A stretch of DNA of 64,000 bases from Octopus vulgaris (taxonomy: Eukaryota): contig OX597835.1 of assembly GCA_951406725.2 (NCBI GenBank), forward strand, positions 45,260,001-45,324,000, in the 5' to 3' direction. The notes under the pieces were generated by a model, which worked only from the letters and a program-made list of their open reading frames with translations, was not told the origin of the DNA and made no database searches. Made by a program: the position numbers and the translations under genes. Below, piece after piece: positions 1-12,171 of the stretch. The stretch's first letter is position 1, and each line of letters starts with the position of its first letter.

Positions 1-215
1 AAATGCAAATTTCCTAATATTGTTAAGATTGGTAAGTAACAGGTAGTTAAGAGTACTTTAGGACAGCAGGTAAGCAACAACGAATTAATAACGGTTTTGT
101 TATGAATAAATAAATATATAAAACCCAGAACGAGACTAATAACAAATATATGTAGACATACATACACATACATACACAGGCACATACACGCACACACGAG
201 CACGCATACATATGA

Positions 216-554
<339 letters not shown>

Positions 555-850
555 AAAATAAATTACTGGCAGAAATCGTCAACGCAAGAGTGACAGTTGA
601 TATGTCACAGTCGGCTGGATAATTTAATATGTTGTGTTTACGCTGTGAAAGGAAGTCATATGTGATGGAAATTCAATACAGCCGTATACGTTACTGATTT
701 GCGTTCATCATCGCAGACCGTTGGAGGTGGCTCGAAGATATAACTGCAAACACATTCAAACTCAAACGCACATACATGCACATATATGTGTGCACGTTTG
801 TTTGTGTATGTATATAAATACGTGTATGCATACATATATGTATATGTATG

Positions 851-900
<50 letters not shown>

Positions 901-952
901 CATTTATGGAGATCAAGCATGGCACACATTTTCCAGCATAATGAGGCCCCAT
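901..952 (+). other. 52-bp inverted copy of 1937-1988 (Tc1 relic) embedded in a TG/TA microsatellite
   Basis: catttatggaGatcaagcatggcacacattttccagcataatgaggccccat equals the reverse complement of 1937-1988 with 1 mismatch. Confidence 0.92.
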
Positions 953-1087
953 TGTGTGTATATATATATATACACACACATACACACATATCTATATATA
1001 AAAATATGTGTTTGTATATGTGTGTGAGTATGTGTGCGTGTGTTTATATTTGACCATGGAGAAACATTCAATTTCATACATATTTAC

Positions 1088-1204
<117 letters not shown>

Positions 1205-1487
1205 TCGATATATATCTTTATATAATGTACATTGTATTAAAGTAAGTTTATTGCCATTGCAACACGTGTCTAGGTAGTTACTTAGAACCTGTTGATTGCT
1301 TGAAAACAAAAAGAATGTTATAAATCCTATCTCACTGCCTATTGTAATGTCCAGAATCTATTACAAGGTCTTATTTTATTGCAGTGTACATTAAATAATA
1401 TTTATCTCTCACTGGATGGACCACGTGTTGAATTTATGTTAACGAAACAATAAGGTAAATATGTGTGCGTGTGTGTGTATGTGTATA

Positions 1488-2671
1488 CCGTAATGGTCAG
1501 AGCGGAGGAATCACTACATGTTTTAGCTTTATAAATAAAAGATCGAATATTTCTGACGAAAATACTATTTAATCCTTAAGAAATTAGCATCTTTCTAATA
1601 TTCTGAATTAATATTATTTAGAAATGAACATCAAACGGTGCTTACAGAACCAATATTTCGTATGTAGCCCTTCGTTGTGACTGACAACGTCAATTCTTTT
1701 GGGTATTGATAAGCACAATTTTTCGCACAAATCAGGTGTTATCTGCAAAGTCCAGACGTCTTTGATAGTATTTTTTCAACTCCGATAGTGATGTTGGATT
1801 ACGAGCGACTACTTTCTGTTTTGGAATAACACACCAATGCTCTATTGGTTTGAGACTCGGGAAGGTTCCTGGCCATAGATCGAAATCTCATACCCTGAAT
1901 GGCTTCGCCACAGCTTTACTGCTCTCGTCTGGTAGCATGGGGCCTCATTATGCTGGAAAATGTGTGCCATGCTTGATTTCCATAAATGGAGGGTCAATCG
2001 TTTTCAGATTTTCAAGGTAATTAATCCTTTTGATATTTGCAACTTCAGACATAAACCACGGTCCGCATCTTCCACCACCTCGCAGAGTGCCCCACACCAT
2101 AACTTTTGGATCATTTTTTACGCTTGGAATAATGTAGCGAAGATTATCCCTTCGCTTCGGAGATCGTCTCACATGACTGCAAAATGGATAAAATTGTGAC
2201 ACCTGAGTGTGATCCGAGAACTTAACTCGTTTACATTGTTCGATTGACCAATTTTAATACTTTCAACAAAATACCAAACGATCAGCAATATTTTTGGAGG
2301 TTAACATTGGTTTACTTGAAGGTTTGTAGGACTTTGTAGGTGGCATCAAATTATCTTCTACGAATTGTCCTTTGGTTAGGAACTTTGTCTTCTTGCAGTA
2401 GTCCAGCTTGAATGGCTTCGGAAGACTTTCTGGGTGACATTTTGCCGGTTAGAATGATAGCATTGTCCATTCGCTTGGTGGTGCTGGGGTGGGTGGGATT
2501 GACCCGTAGACTTGTCGAATCCATATTTTTCAATAGATTTATAGTTCCTTGTTGAACTTGAAATTGTTCTCTGTGCCGATTCCACTATTTCACCAATTTC
2601 TCGAGTGCTGTATCTTTTTTCTTACAGAATTTTTGAGTATGACTTTGCGACGAAATTCTTCGACCGGGCAT
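1488..2671 (-). mobile_element. Decayed Tc1-like DNA transposon (transposase pseudogene ~2671 to 1650)
   Basis: Minus-strand fragments KVMVWG, FQHNEAPCY (QQDNAPCH-like), WPGTFPSLKPIEH (WPxxSPDLNPIE-like), GLHTKY at the C-terminus; many stops/frameshifts; possible terminus next to TA at 1486-1487. Confidence 0.8.
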
Positions 2672-3856
2672 TCTTTACAACGCCAGGAAAATATTTAACA
2701 CGAAAGAATTATCATATATTTTAGTGACAGCATATCAGAGCTTACATCAACCAGAGCACATCAATCAGGGATCGGTAATCACGCAGAAAATACGTTAAAA
2801 CTGTATAAAACAGATTTGAACGATTGAATAGTGATTAAAAGTAGCTCAACAACGCATCTGGGGGATGAAAACCATCTATTTGTGTATTGGGGTACCACTG
2901 GTTTTATGTTATGTAAGGCTATAACAATAACACAAGCCTAGAACATAGATACCTCGCTGCTCGTCTTGTACAGAGCTATTCTATATCATGAAAGCAATGG
3001 TCTTGTTAATAGACATATAAATAAAGATTAATTAGATTCCGGGTCCCATACCAAGGCCAACGATCCACTTGTGTATTCTACGTCTAAAAGATGCTAAATA
3101 TTAATACATTATTCACATCAGTTACTAAGTAAACAACACGAAAGGTTTTCCACATATTGTTATAGGTTCTATAACAATTTTTAGGAGTGCTCTCTTCTAA
3201 CTATCGGGGAATATCTCTGAAAAGAAGCAGGGCTACGCTACATGGGTCCTCTCACGGTATTTCAGTCCGTGAGATAAGGCAAAGTGCTGCCGAATTGCTA
3301 GAAAAATACCAACACCAGCAACAGGAACAGAAATACTAACAGCAATACTAGGGCCAACAGCAGCAGCAACAGCAGCAGCAGCAGCAGCAGATGCACCACC
3401 AACACCATCACATTCAACAGTATAAAGAAAATTAGCGGGCAGAATAACCATTCAGGGTCTCTCGTAAGAATCTCTCGTTTCAGCCTTTAAAAAATTACTA
3501 ATGTAAAAATAGCAAGCAGACAACGTTTGCATTAGCATACATAATTAGAGATTATCAGTAAATTCATTATAAACAAGTAGTTAATTACCATGAGACAATA
3601 TTCCGGTTAACAGCAATTAGAATAATAACATTTTAATAACTGAGTGTGCGAGATTGCTTGGCTATTACAATATTGTGTTGAAGAAAGCGACGTGTTTGTA
3701 ATTGGTGACGTAGAACTGATGGGGTGGTCACATTTATAAAGCGATCATTAACCTCGAATAATCCAATGAAAGTTTTCAATCATTAATCCACGCTTCTTAA
3801 TGTACATCTCAAACAATGAGAGTAACAGGAGCACTTGTAGTAGCAGCTGCAGTGGT

Positions 3857-3863
3857 ATCATCA

Positions 3864-3939
<76 letters not shown>

Positions 3940-3955
3940 CATTATTATCATTATT
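3857..3955. repeat. (ATT)n/(ATC)n microsatellite
   Basis: Direct reading. Confidence 0.95.
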
Positions 3956-4088
3956 CAGTAGTTTTATTTTTATAGCGTGCTTTCACTTCACCACCAAGCG
4001 CAGCTCTGTATGCTTTAGGTATGTGCTGTGGTTTGCTGTGATGCTCTTATGGTTACTGTATTGAAAGTGTTTTGCGTAGGCGTGTGCA

Positions 4089-4146
<58 letters not shown>

Positions 4147-4380
4147 GTGTGTGTGTGTGTGTGCTGATTGCATATCGCTACACCTGCATCAGACGTGTTT
4201 TTATTTTGATGATCAGAAATGTTACATTATGCAATAACGAAAGAACGTTTTGGGTTCGTGAATATTGGTAAAAACGAACAATTAGAACTTTTCCAGCAAA
4301 AGCGGATAGCACCACATGAATTGAGCTTGGAGCTTTCTCTCCTTAAGTACTTGGTTCTCTCGAATCATGGAAATTTTAGA

Positions 4381-4437
<57 letters not shown>

Positions 4438-4470
4438 CATACATACATACATATATACATACATATAAGT

Positions 4471-4641
4471 GGGATGACCACTACGTGGGCATCCATTATG
4501 TTAGAAGTAGATCCGCTATAGTCTTACCACTAAGAAAGGAATGTTCTCAAGGAACATGTCCTTGAGAACATTCCTTTCTTTGTGGTAAGACTATAGCGGA
4601 TCTATTTCTAGCATAATGGATGTCCAAGTAGAGCTCATCCC
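4471..4641. repeat. Imperfect ~170-bp palindrome (arms ~83 bp, loop ~5 nt at 4554-4558)
   Basis: gggatg...aagaaaggaatgttctcaagga-acatg-tccttgagaacattcctttctt...catccc; a few arm mismatches. Confidence 0.92.
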
Positions 4642-4742
4642 TCTAATACGTATGTAATATAATTTATCTGAAGCTTCAGATTTTGAAATACTAGACCACT
4701 GATTTTAAACTGATATTAATCAAATTATTATTCTGTCAAACT

Positions 4743-4957
4743 CAGTGGTTCTCAACCATTTTTTGCCTATGAACCCTATTGATTCCTACTTTACTCTACT
4801 GAACACCTATATACAAGAATTCTATTACATTTTCATAATTAGATATTATTAGGAATCGTGTAAAAAGCTTGTTAACATGATTGGTATATTTCAGAGCTAT
4901 AACCTGTTTATTGAAGATATATTTTAACCACAAAAGGACCTCATTTGAGAATCACTG
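4743..4957. mobile_element. hAT (Charlie-like) MITE remnant
   Basis: TIR pair cagtggttctcaa...ttgagaatcactg; no 8-bp TSD retained. Confidence 0.6.
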
Positions 4958-5204
4958 CTATAACATATAGCATAACTAACAGATCACACACTGCACAACT
5001 AATGCTATACCTCGCACATCACTAATTCTTAAAAGCAAACTGATGGAGCATTGGAAGTGACGCAAGAAAGCCTATAACAAATCCTACTTCATTCAAAATG
5101 TATTTGGCAAACGACCATAATTGTACAATCCTGAAAATATTGCTTGCACCACGGGAACACTACGGTGACATTTGTTTGACAGAAGGAAACTCAAAAGATT
5201 CTTC

Positions 5205-5367
5205 TATAGTTACAAGGCCTGAAAATTTGAAAGAGTCGAGTGCATCGACTCCAATGATTCGATACAGTTTTCGTCGACTCCGAAAGGATGAAGGGCAAAT
5301 TCGACCTCGGCGGAATTTTAACTCAGGACATTTTTTCCCGGCGTGCTAACGATTCTGCCAGCAGCTC
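5205..5367 (-). mobile_element. Decayed family-A SINE (Deu/Nin-like core)
   Basis: gaaaggatgaagggcaaattcgacctcggcggaatt...ggcgtgctaacgattctgccagc matches the family-A copies. Confidence 0.75.
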
Positions 5368-5460
5368 GTAGATTTTAAAATTGTGAAAATAACAGCAATA
5401 ACTGTGTTGATGGGGATGATTTTGATGCCATAGTAATAATCATTATGAAGACGACATAAT

Positions 5461-5484
5461 AAAATAATAATAATGATAATAGTA

Positions 5485-5549
<65 letters not shown>

Positions 5550-5728
5550 CAACAACAGTAATAATAATTTTTTTTAGACATTCACTAGTACAACACTACA
5601 CCCTCCCCCCCAAATATATGACACACTAGGCATAACAACAACATGAACTTTCAGCCTGTTGTCTCTTGAGGTCTCTGGGCGAGACTTGGAGCCACCTTGT
5701 ACAAATATAAAGCAAAAGTCAAACATAG

Positions 5729-5761
<33 letters not shown>

Positions 5762-5764
5762 TAA

Positions 5765-5795
<31 letters not shown>

Positions 5796-5824
5796 GGTGG
5801 TGGTAGTAATAGTAGTAGTAGTAA

Positions 5825-5898
<74 letters not shown>
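5461..5898. repeat. (TAA)n/(TAG)n/(TGG)n trinucleotide tract hosting a Dong 3'-end copy
   Basis: Direct reading. Confidence 0.93.
5568..5729 (+). mobile_element. Short (~160 bp) 3'-UTR-only copy of the Dong/R4 element in (TAA)n
   Basis: Aligns with ~10226-10384 (tttagacattca...gtcaaacataga) with about 10 differences; TAA repeats on both sides. Confidence 0.92.
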
Positions 5899-6129
5899 AC
5901 TATTGTGGTTGAAAGTTGTGGAAAAAGAACGGCGGATTTAAAGGTAGGGGGTTCATTGGTTACGTCGCACAAAGGTTTCCACTAGATTTTGATTTACCAG
6001 CCACGGAAGAATAGGGGACAAAGTCGACCAAAGCGTAGTTCGAACTCAGCAAATGAAGTCCCAAAAGAAATTATTCTAAGCATTTTGTCCTATAACCTAA
6101 CGGCTCGGCTTAATCACTGTTTTAGTAAC

Positions 6130-6332
6130 AGTGATAATAATAGTAATGACAATGAGGATAATAATAGCAACAACAACAATAATAATAATGATAAAATAAT
6201 AATACAATTATTATTATTATTATTATTATTAATAATTATACAATTATTATTATCATTATTAATAATAATAATAAAAATAAAAATAAAAATATTATTATTA
6301 TTAATAATAATAATAATATTACTAATAATGAC

Positions 6333-6397
<65 letters not shown>

Positions 6398-6441
6398 CAA
6401 TAATAATAATGACAATAATAATAATCATAATAATAATAATG

Positions 6442-6494
<53 letters not shown>

Positions 6495-6497
6495 TAC

Positions 6498-6584
<87 letters not shown>

Positions 6585-6587
6585 TAC

Positions 6588-6616
<29 letters not shown>
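6130..6616. repeat. (TAA)n tract, left flank/target of the Dong insertion
   Basis: Direct reading; diagnostic interruptions gac,gac,tca,gat,ttac. Confidence 0.95.
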
Positions 6617-6622
<6 letters not shown>

Positions 6623-6626
<4 letters not shown>

Positions 6627-9600
6627 GCTCATCACCAAATAATCTCATCACCATAATCTCATATTGCTCATCACCAAATAATCAAAAGAAAAAGAAGGAA
6701 AAATGGTCTAGGGAAGATAATAAAGAAGTTCTTGAGGCCTTCTACCATGCCATATATTTCCCCACAGATAAGTCTAGCACTGTACAAGCATACTTAAACT
6801 GGAGACAGAAACACCCTGAAGTAAGACCCTACATAGACAGTAACAAGCTTGCCAATGTTAGAAGAAACATTATAAAAAAGAAATTACTGACTGAAGTAGA
6901 GATTGATCAGGTTAGACAAGCAATATCGGATAAAATGAACGAAGCTGCAGCTAGAGAAGATAATACAGAGGAAATGATTATAGACCAGCCCAGGGCGGAT
7001 AAAAACGAAGAGAGGATTGAAAGGGTTAGTATAAGTGATAGGCAAAGTGAAATACGCCCTGAACCAATCATAAACACTAAGACAGATGAGCATCAAATAG
7101 ATAAAGAAAGTCACACAAATATTGACCCAACAGAACTACATGAGCTAAAAAATCAAATCATGATTGAATGGCTGAAAATTAAAGAAACCAGCATGGATGA
7201 GCGTGATACACTTCCTAAAATCCGCAACTCTAACCAAAACATGAAAATAATTGGTAAAATCCGGCTTGCACTTAAGGATATAATTTCAGTTAATGATGTT
7301 GATATCACAAACCTCAACCACCTATACTATGCATCCGCGAAAATCTCAACGATCCTATGTGGTGTAAAGATTAGAAAACGGCAACAGTCCCACAAAAAGC
7401 CTTCTTGGCAAGAGCGTCTGCAACAACAAATTAAAATATTTAGATCTGACATTGAATATTTGAAAAACCTTAAGGCTCACAAGATTACCAAACCTACAAA
7501 AACCCAAAAATTACTGAAAAAGTACAATATGAAAACTATACTTGATATTGATGCCACCATAGAAACCATCAAACAAAAGGTATCTGCCAAAGCTGCCCGC
7601 ATAGCGAGGTATGAAAAGCGTGTTAGATTTTTCAAGGACAACAACATGTTCAAAAATAACACCAAGAATTTTTACAGGAAGATAGGAAAAACAGCGTTTA
7701 CTGCAGGGTCTGTACCATCAAAAGAAGAAGTGCAGAGATTTTGGAATAAAATCTGGGCAGAAGAAAAAACACACAACGAGAAGGCCCCCTGGATTGACAG
7801 AATATCTACAGAACTGGACCCCTTAGAAGAGCAAAAGTGGGAGGGTGTCAAGGTAGAAGATATAAGATCTGCTCTCAGGAGGTCAAGCAAATGGAAGTCT
7901 CCAGGAAAGGATAAAATTCCTAACTTCTGGCTGAATGCCTTCCCAGAGAGCCATGAACTGCTAACAGAACTGTACAATGATGTTTTGCAACACCCTAGTA
8001 GGATGCCTCCTTGGCTAGTTAATGGGTTAACATTCCTGCTTCCAAAAAGTGAAGAAACAAATGAACCAAAAAACTATAGACCCATAACTTGCTTAACAAC
8101 TATGTACAAAACACTAACATCTGTCCTGACGGAATATACCTATAGTTTTTTAACAGACAGCAGCATATTCCCTAATGAACAGAAAGGATGTAAACGTGGA
8201 TCCTACGGCTGTAAAGACCAACTACTCATCAATAAGATGATCTTAGAAGATTGTCACAAACGACACAAAAACTTATCAATAGCCTGGATAGACTATAAAA
8301 AGGCTTTTGATAGCCTACCACATAGCTGGATTAGAAAATGCCTTGAAATGTATAAGATAGCACCAACTCTGCGAAACTTCTTGACTGTAAGTATGAGATC
8401 ATGGAGAACCACACTAACTCTGAACAGTGACAGTGAATTCCTAAATGCTGGTGATGTAAAAATTTCGTGTGGCATTTTCCAGGGTGACTCACTGTCACCA
8501 CTCCTCTTTTGTTTATCCTTAATACCTCTCTCAAAGCTGCTCAATGACGCGCAGTACGGGTATAAAATGTTTGATAAAAATATAAATCATCTCGTTTACA
8601 TGGATGATTTAAAGCTTTTTGCAAAAAATGATCAACAACTCAAGGGCTTACTAGCGATAGTCAAACAATTCAGTGACGACATCAGAATGCAATTCGGCCT
8701 CGATAAATGTGCAAAGGCTACCTTTATCAAAGGAAAAATGACAGAAACATCTAACGTTAACCTTGACCAACAGAATGTCATAAAAGAACTAGACCCAGCG
8801 GAGAGCTACAAGTACCTAGGGATAATTGAAGGGAACGGAATAAGGCATTCAGAGATGAAGGAAAGGATCAGGAGAGAATGCTATCGAAGAGTGAGAGCAA
8901 TACTCAAGACAGAGCTGAATGCAAGAAACAGGATCGAAGCAATCAATGCATTAGCTATACCAGTCGTGACTTACAGTTTCAATATTGTTAACTGGTCAAT
9001 TACTGAAATATGTCAGCTCGACAGAAAAATAAGGAAACTGTTGACAATGCATAGAATGCACCACCCTAAGGCAGATACAGAACGACTCTATCTGCCAAGA
9101 AAAGAGGGAGGCCGTGGTCTTTTGCAACTGGCAATAACAATGAAGATTGCTACAATTGGCCTAGACACCTACCTGAAAAACTCTGAGGACTGGATGCTAA
9201 AACTTGTCTCAAAACATGAAAACAAGAAAGCATCATACTCAGTCACAAAACAGGCAAAGGAATATCTAAGTGAATTCCGAATACAACCAATTTCGGAGAT
9301 AGATATACAAGAAACAAGCACAGAAAAAGCTAGGCGCATGAAAACCCGTGCCAAAACTGCGGCCTTAGATATTCTGAATAATAAATGGCAAGAAAAACCT
9401 CTCTATGGCAAATACCCAAAGAGAGCGAATAATGCAGATATCGACAAAGCCCTGACCCATCAATGGCTAATGGCCTCTGGCTTAAAATCTGAAACAGAGG
9501 GGTTTATCATAGCAGCTCAAGATCAATGCCTACCAACAAGAAACTACCAGGCCAACATATTAAAAATCAGAAGCAGTCCAACGTGTCGTGTATGCAAGCA

Positions 9601-10382
9601 ACAAAATGAAACCATTGACCATGTGGTCTCCAAGTGCAGTCTTCTAGCGCCTACAGAGTATCTCAACAGGCACGATAGAGCTGCACAATATATTCACTGG
9701 GTAATCTGTAAAAACCTGGATTTGCCCCATGAAAAAAACTGGTGGGAACACAAACCACCCCCAGTGCTTGAAAATGACCACATCTCACTCCTCTGGAACT
9801 TCACCATTCAAACTGACAGGAAGATAGATGCAAATAGGCCAGACATCATATTGAAAAACTTCAAACAAAGAACATGCCTCCTCATTGATATGACTGTCCC
9901 AATCGATATAAACGTATCTGTCAAGACCTACCAAAAACTGAGCAAATATAAAGATCTTGAAATAGAAATCAGCAAAATGTGGAAGCTGAAGACTAAAACA
10001 ATACCTGTTGTCATAGGTGCCCTGGGAATGATAGCAAAAGGGGCTGATAGCTACCTAACTCAGATACCAGGAAACCCAAAAATGGCAGAAGTTCAAAAGA
10101 TAGTGCTCATGGGAACTGCTCATATCCTACGCAAAATACTCTCTATGTAATCTCAAGGTTTAAAACAAACATAATTTTCGGTTTAAAAAAAAAAAAAAAA
10201 AAAAAAAACCTTTTTTTTTTTTTTTTTCTTTTTAGACATTCATTAGTACAACATCCCCACCCCCCAAATATATGGCACACTAGGCATAACAACAACATGA
10301 ACTTCCAACCCTGTTGTCTCTTGAGGTCTCTGGGTGAGACTTGGAGCCAACTTGTACAAATATAAAGCAAAAGTCAAACATA

Positions 10383-10384
<2 letters not shown>
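6623..10384 (+). mobile_element. R4/Dong-clade non-LTR retrotransposon, 5'-truncated, inserted in (TAA)n
   Basis: Single RT+RLE ORF, ~230-bp 3' UTR running straight into (AAT)n, rearranged 5' junction at 6623-6683; TAA targeting is the known behaviour of Dong elements. Confidence 0.92.
6935..10150 (+). CDS. Reverse transcriptase / restriction-like endonuclease polyprotein (R4/Dong), 1071 aa from first ATG; frame open upstream to 6617
   Basis: RT motifs KSPGKD, NYRPITCL, IDYKKAFDS, GIFQGDSLSPLLF, YMDD, YKYLG; RLYLPRKEGGRGL; CCHC CRVC..H....C; RHD; RLE RPDII..IDMTVP..KLSKY; no stops or frameshifts. Confidence 0.96.
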   Translation: MNEAAAREDNTEEMIIDQPRADKNEERIERVSISDRQSEIRPEPIINTKTDEHQIDKESHTNIDPTELHELKNQIMIEWLKIKETSMDERDTLPKIRNSNQNMKIIGKIRLALKDIISVNDVDITNLNHLYYASAKISTILCGVKIRKRQQSHKKPSWQERLQQQIKIFRSDIEYLKNLKAHKITKPTKTQKLLKKYNMKTILDIDATIETIKQKVSAKAARIARYEKRVRFFKDNNMFKNNTKNFYRKIGKTAFTAGSVPSKEEVQRFWNKIWAEEKTHNEKAPWIDRISTELDPLEEQKWEGVKVEDIRSALRRSSKWKSPGKDKIPNFWLNAFPESHELLTELYNDVLQHPSRMPPWLVNGLTFLLPKSEETNEPKNYRPITCLTTMYKTLTSVLTEYTYSFLTDSSIFPNEQKGCKRGSYGCKDQLLINKMILEDCHKRHKNLSIAWIDYKKAFDSLPHSWIRKCLEMYKIAPTLRNFLTVSMRSWRTTLTLNSDSEFLNAGDVKISCGIFQGDSLSPLLFCLSLIPLSKLLNDAQYGYKMFDKNINHLVYMDDLKLFAKNDQQLKGLLAIVKQFSDDIRMQFGLDKCAKATFIKGKMTETSNVNLDQQNVIKELDPAESYKYLGIIEGNGIRHSEMKERIRRECYRRVRAILKTELNARNRIEAINALAIPVVTYSFNIVNWSITEICQLDRKIRKLLTMHRMHHPKADTERLYLPRKEGGRGLLQLAITMKIATIGLDTYLKNSEDWMLKLVSKHENKKASYSVTKQAKEYLSEFRIQPISEIDIQETSTEKARRMKTRAKTAALDILNNKWQEKPLYGKYPKRANNADIDKALTHQWLMASGLKSETEGFIIAAQDQCLPTRNYQANILKIRSSPTCRVCKQQNETIDHVVSKCSLLAPTEYLNRHDRAAQYIHWVICKNLDLPHEKNWWEHKPPPVLENDHISLLWNFTIQTDRKIDANRPDIILKNFKQRTCLLIDMTVPIDINVSVKTYQKLSKYKDLEIEISKMWKLKTKTIPVVIGALGMIAKGADSYLTQIPGNPKMAEVQKIVLMGTAHILRKILSM

Positions 10385-10463
<79 letters not shown>

Positions 10464-10507
10464 CAATAATAATAATGACAATAATAATAATCATAATAAT
10501 AATAATG

Positions 10508-10554
<47 letters not shown>

Positions 10555-10557
10555 TAC

Positions 10558-10635
<78 letters not shown>

Positions 10636-10686
10636 AATAATAATAATGATAATAATAATAATAATAATAATAATGATAAAGATAAT
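10385..10686. repeat. (TAA)n tract, right flank of Dong
   Basis: Direct reading; repeats the interruption pattern of the left flank. Confidence 0.95.
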
Positions 10687-10689
10687 AAG

Positions 10690-10880
10690 GAGTAAGTGGA
10701 ATAAATGGAAAATGTGGTCTAACTATAAAACTGATCGAATACTGACAATTCTGAGAGATGAAAGAAAGATCTTACAGATACGTTCTAGACATGTTAATCA
10801 CATAAAACGCAGGATAAAAATCAGAAATGGTAAAATAATAGGTATTAACACGCTAGCTGTACACACACTTACAAACATTT
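10690..10880 (+). pseudogene. Possible old Dong/R4 RT fragment
   Basis: GKIIGINTLAVHTLT resembles NRIEAINALAIPVVT in the intact ORF. Confidence 0.45.
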
Positions 10881-10921
10881 ATATATATATATATATATGC
10901 GTGTGACTGTGTGTGTGTATG

Positions 10922-10963
<42 letters not shown>

Positions 10964-11105
10964 AAATCTCTCGTGGCAAAAATAAATTAAAAAACATAAA
11001 AGTGTGAAATAAAGTGGTCTAATTGAATAAATGATTACATTAATGTTAGTTCGTATCACGAGTTTAAATCAGCGAGGGTGGTGGATTACAGCGAAGTGGT
11101 GGGCG

Positions 11106-11247
<142 letters not shown>

Positions 11248-11401
11248 GATGTTGGCAGAAGCCCAAGAAGACAATGCAGAAATTGAAAGTCTATATTTGC
11301 AATGAAAACACGAATTGGATTAATTGTAAAATATATCAAAATATTATAACATTGTAATTTTGTAATTGTATATGTATGTGTATATGTATCTATATATATG
11401 C

Positions 11402-11504
<103 letters not shown>

Positions 11505-11895
11505 CATATGTATATATATATATATAAATGCATATACCCATAAATACGTATATTGATATATATGTACAAATACAATCACACACAGATACATATATGTTTG
11601 TGCCACTGTGTGTGTAGGTGAATGTGTGTGAGTGTTTGTGTGTGTGTGCGTGTGTGTGTGTGTGTGTAGAATATGCATGTCTGCTTATACTGGAACGTAT
11701 ATGAATGCTTGTCTTTCGTCTCCACCAGGTTGTCTAATTAAGACCAAAACTTTTTCCTAACTTTTCCCCGCACGTGTTTAGTTCTAGTCTCCACTGCTTT
11801 CGATGTTTAATGAATTTTAATTAATTAAAATTCCTGCATACACACATAGATATCTATATACATATGCAAGCGCACGTATAAGTATATCTATAGGC

Positions 11896-11943
<48 letters not shown>

Positions 11944-12171
11944 TACATGCATGCATTATATAAACATATATATACATATACATATATACAAGTGCGTAAA
12001 TATATTATTTATATATATGTGTGTGTGTGTGTATGTGTATGTGTGTGTGTGCGTGTAAACGTCTCTTCGTATATTTGTATGTGTGTATTTGTGTGTGTGT
12101 GTGCATGTGTGAAATATATATAAACACACACACGCGTCAAGGGATACTATTTCTCTCCGTATATCTACATA

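Noticed and set aside
3233-3451. 72-aa Ala/Val-rich ORF resembling a membrane peptide
   Set aside because: Built on a degenerate (CAG/CAA)n repeat; non-ATG start; no splice or homology evidence.
7477-9354. Antisense ORFs within the Dong CDS
   Set aside because: Shadow frames of the coding strand.
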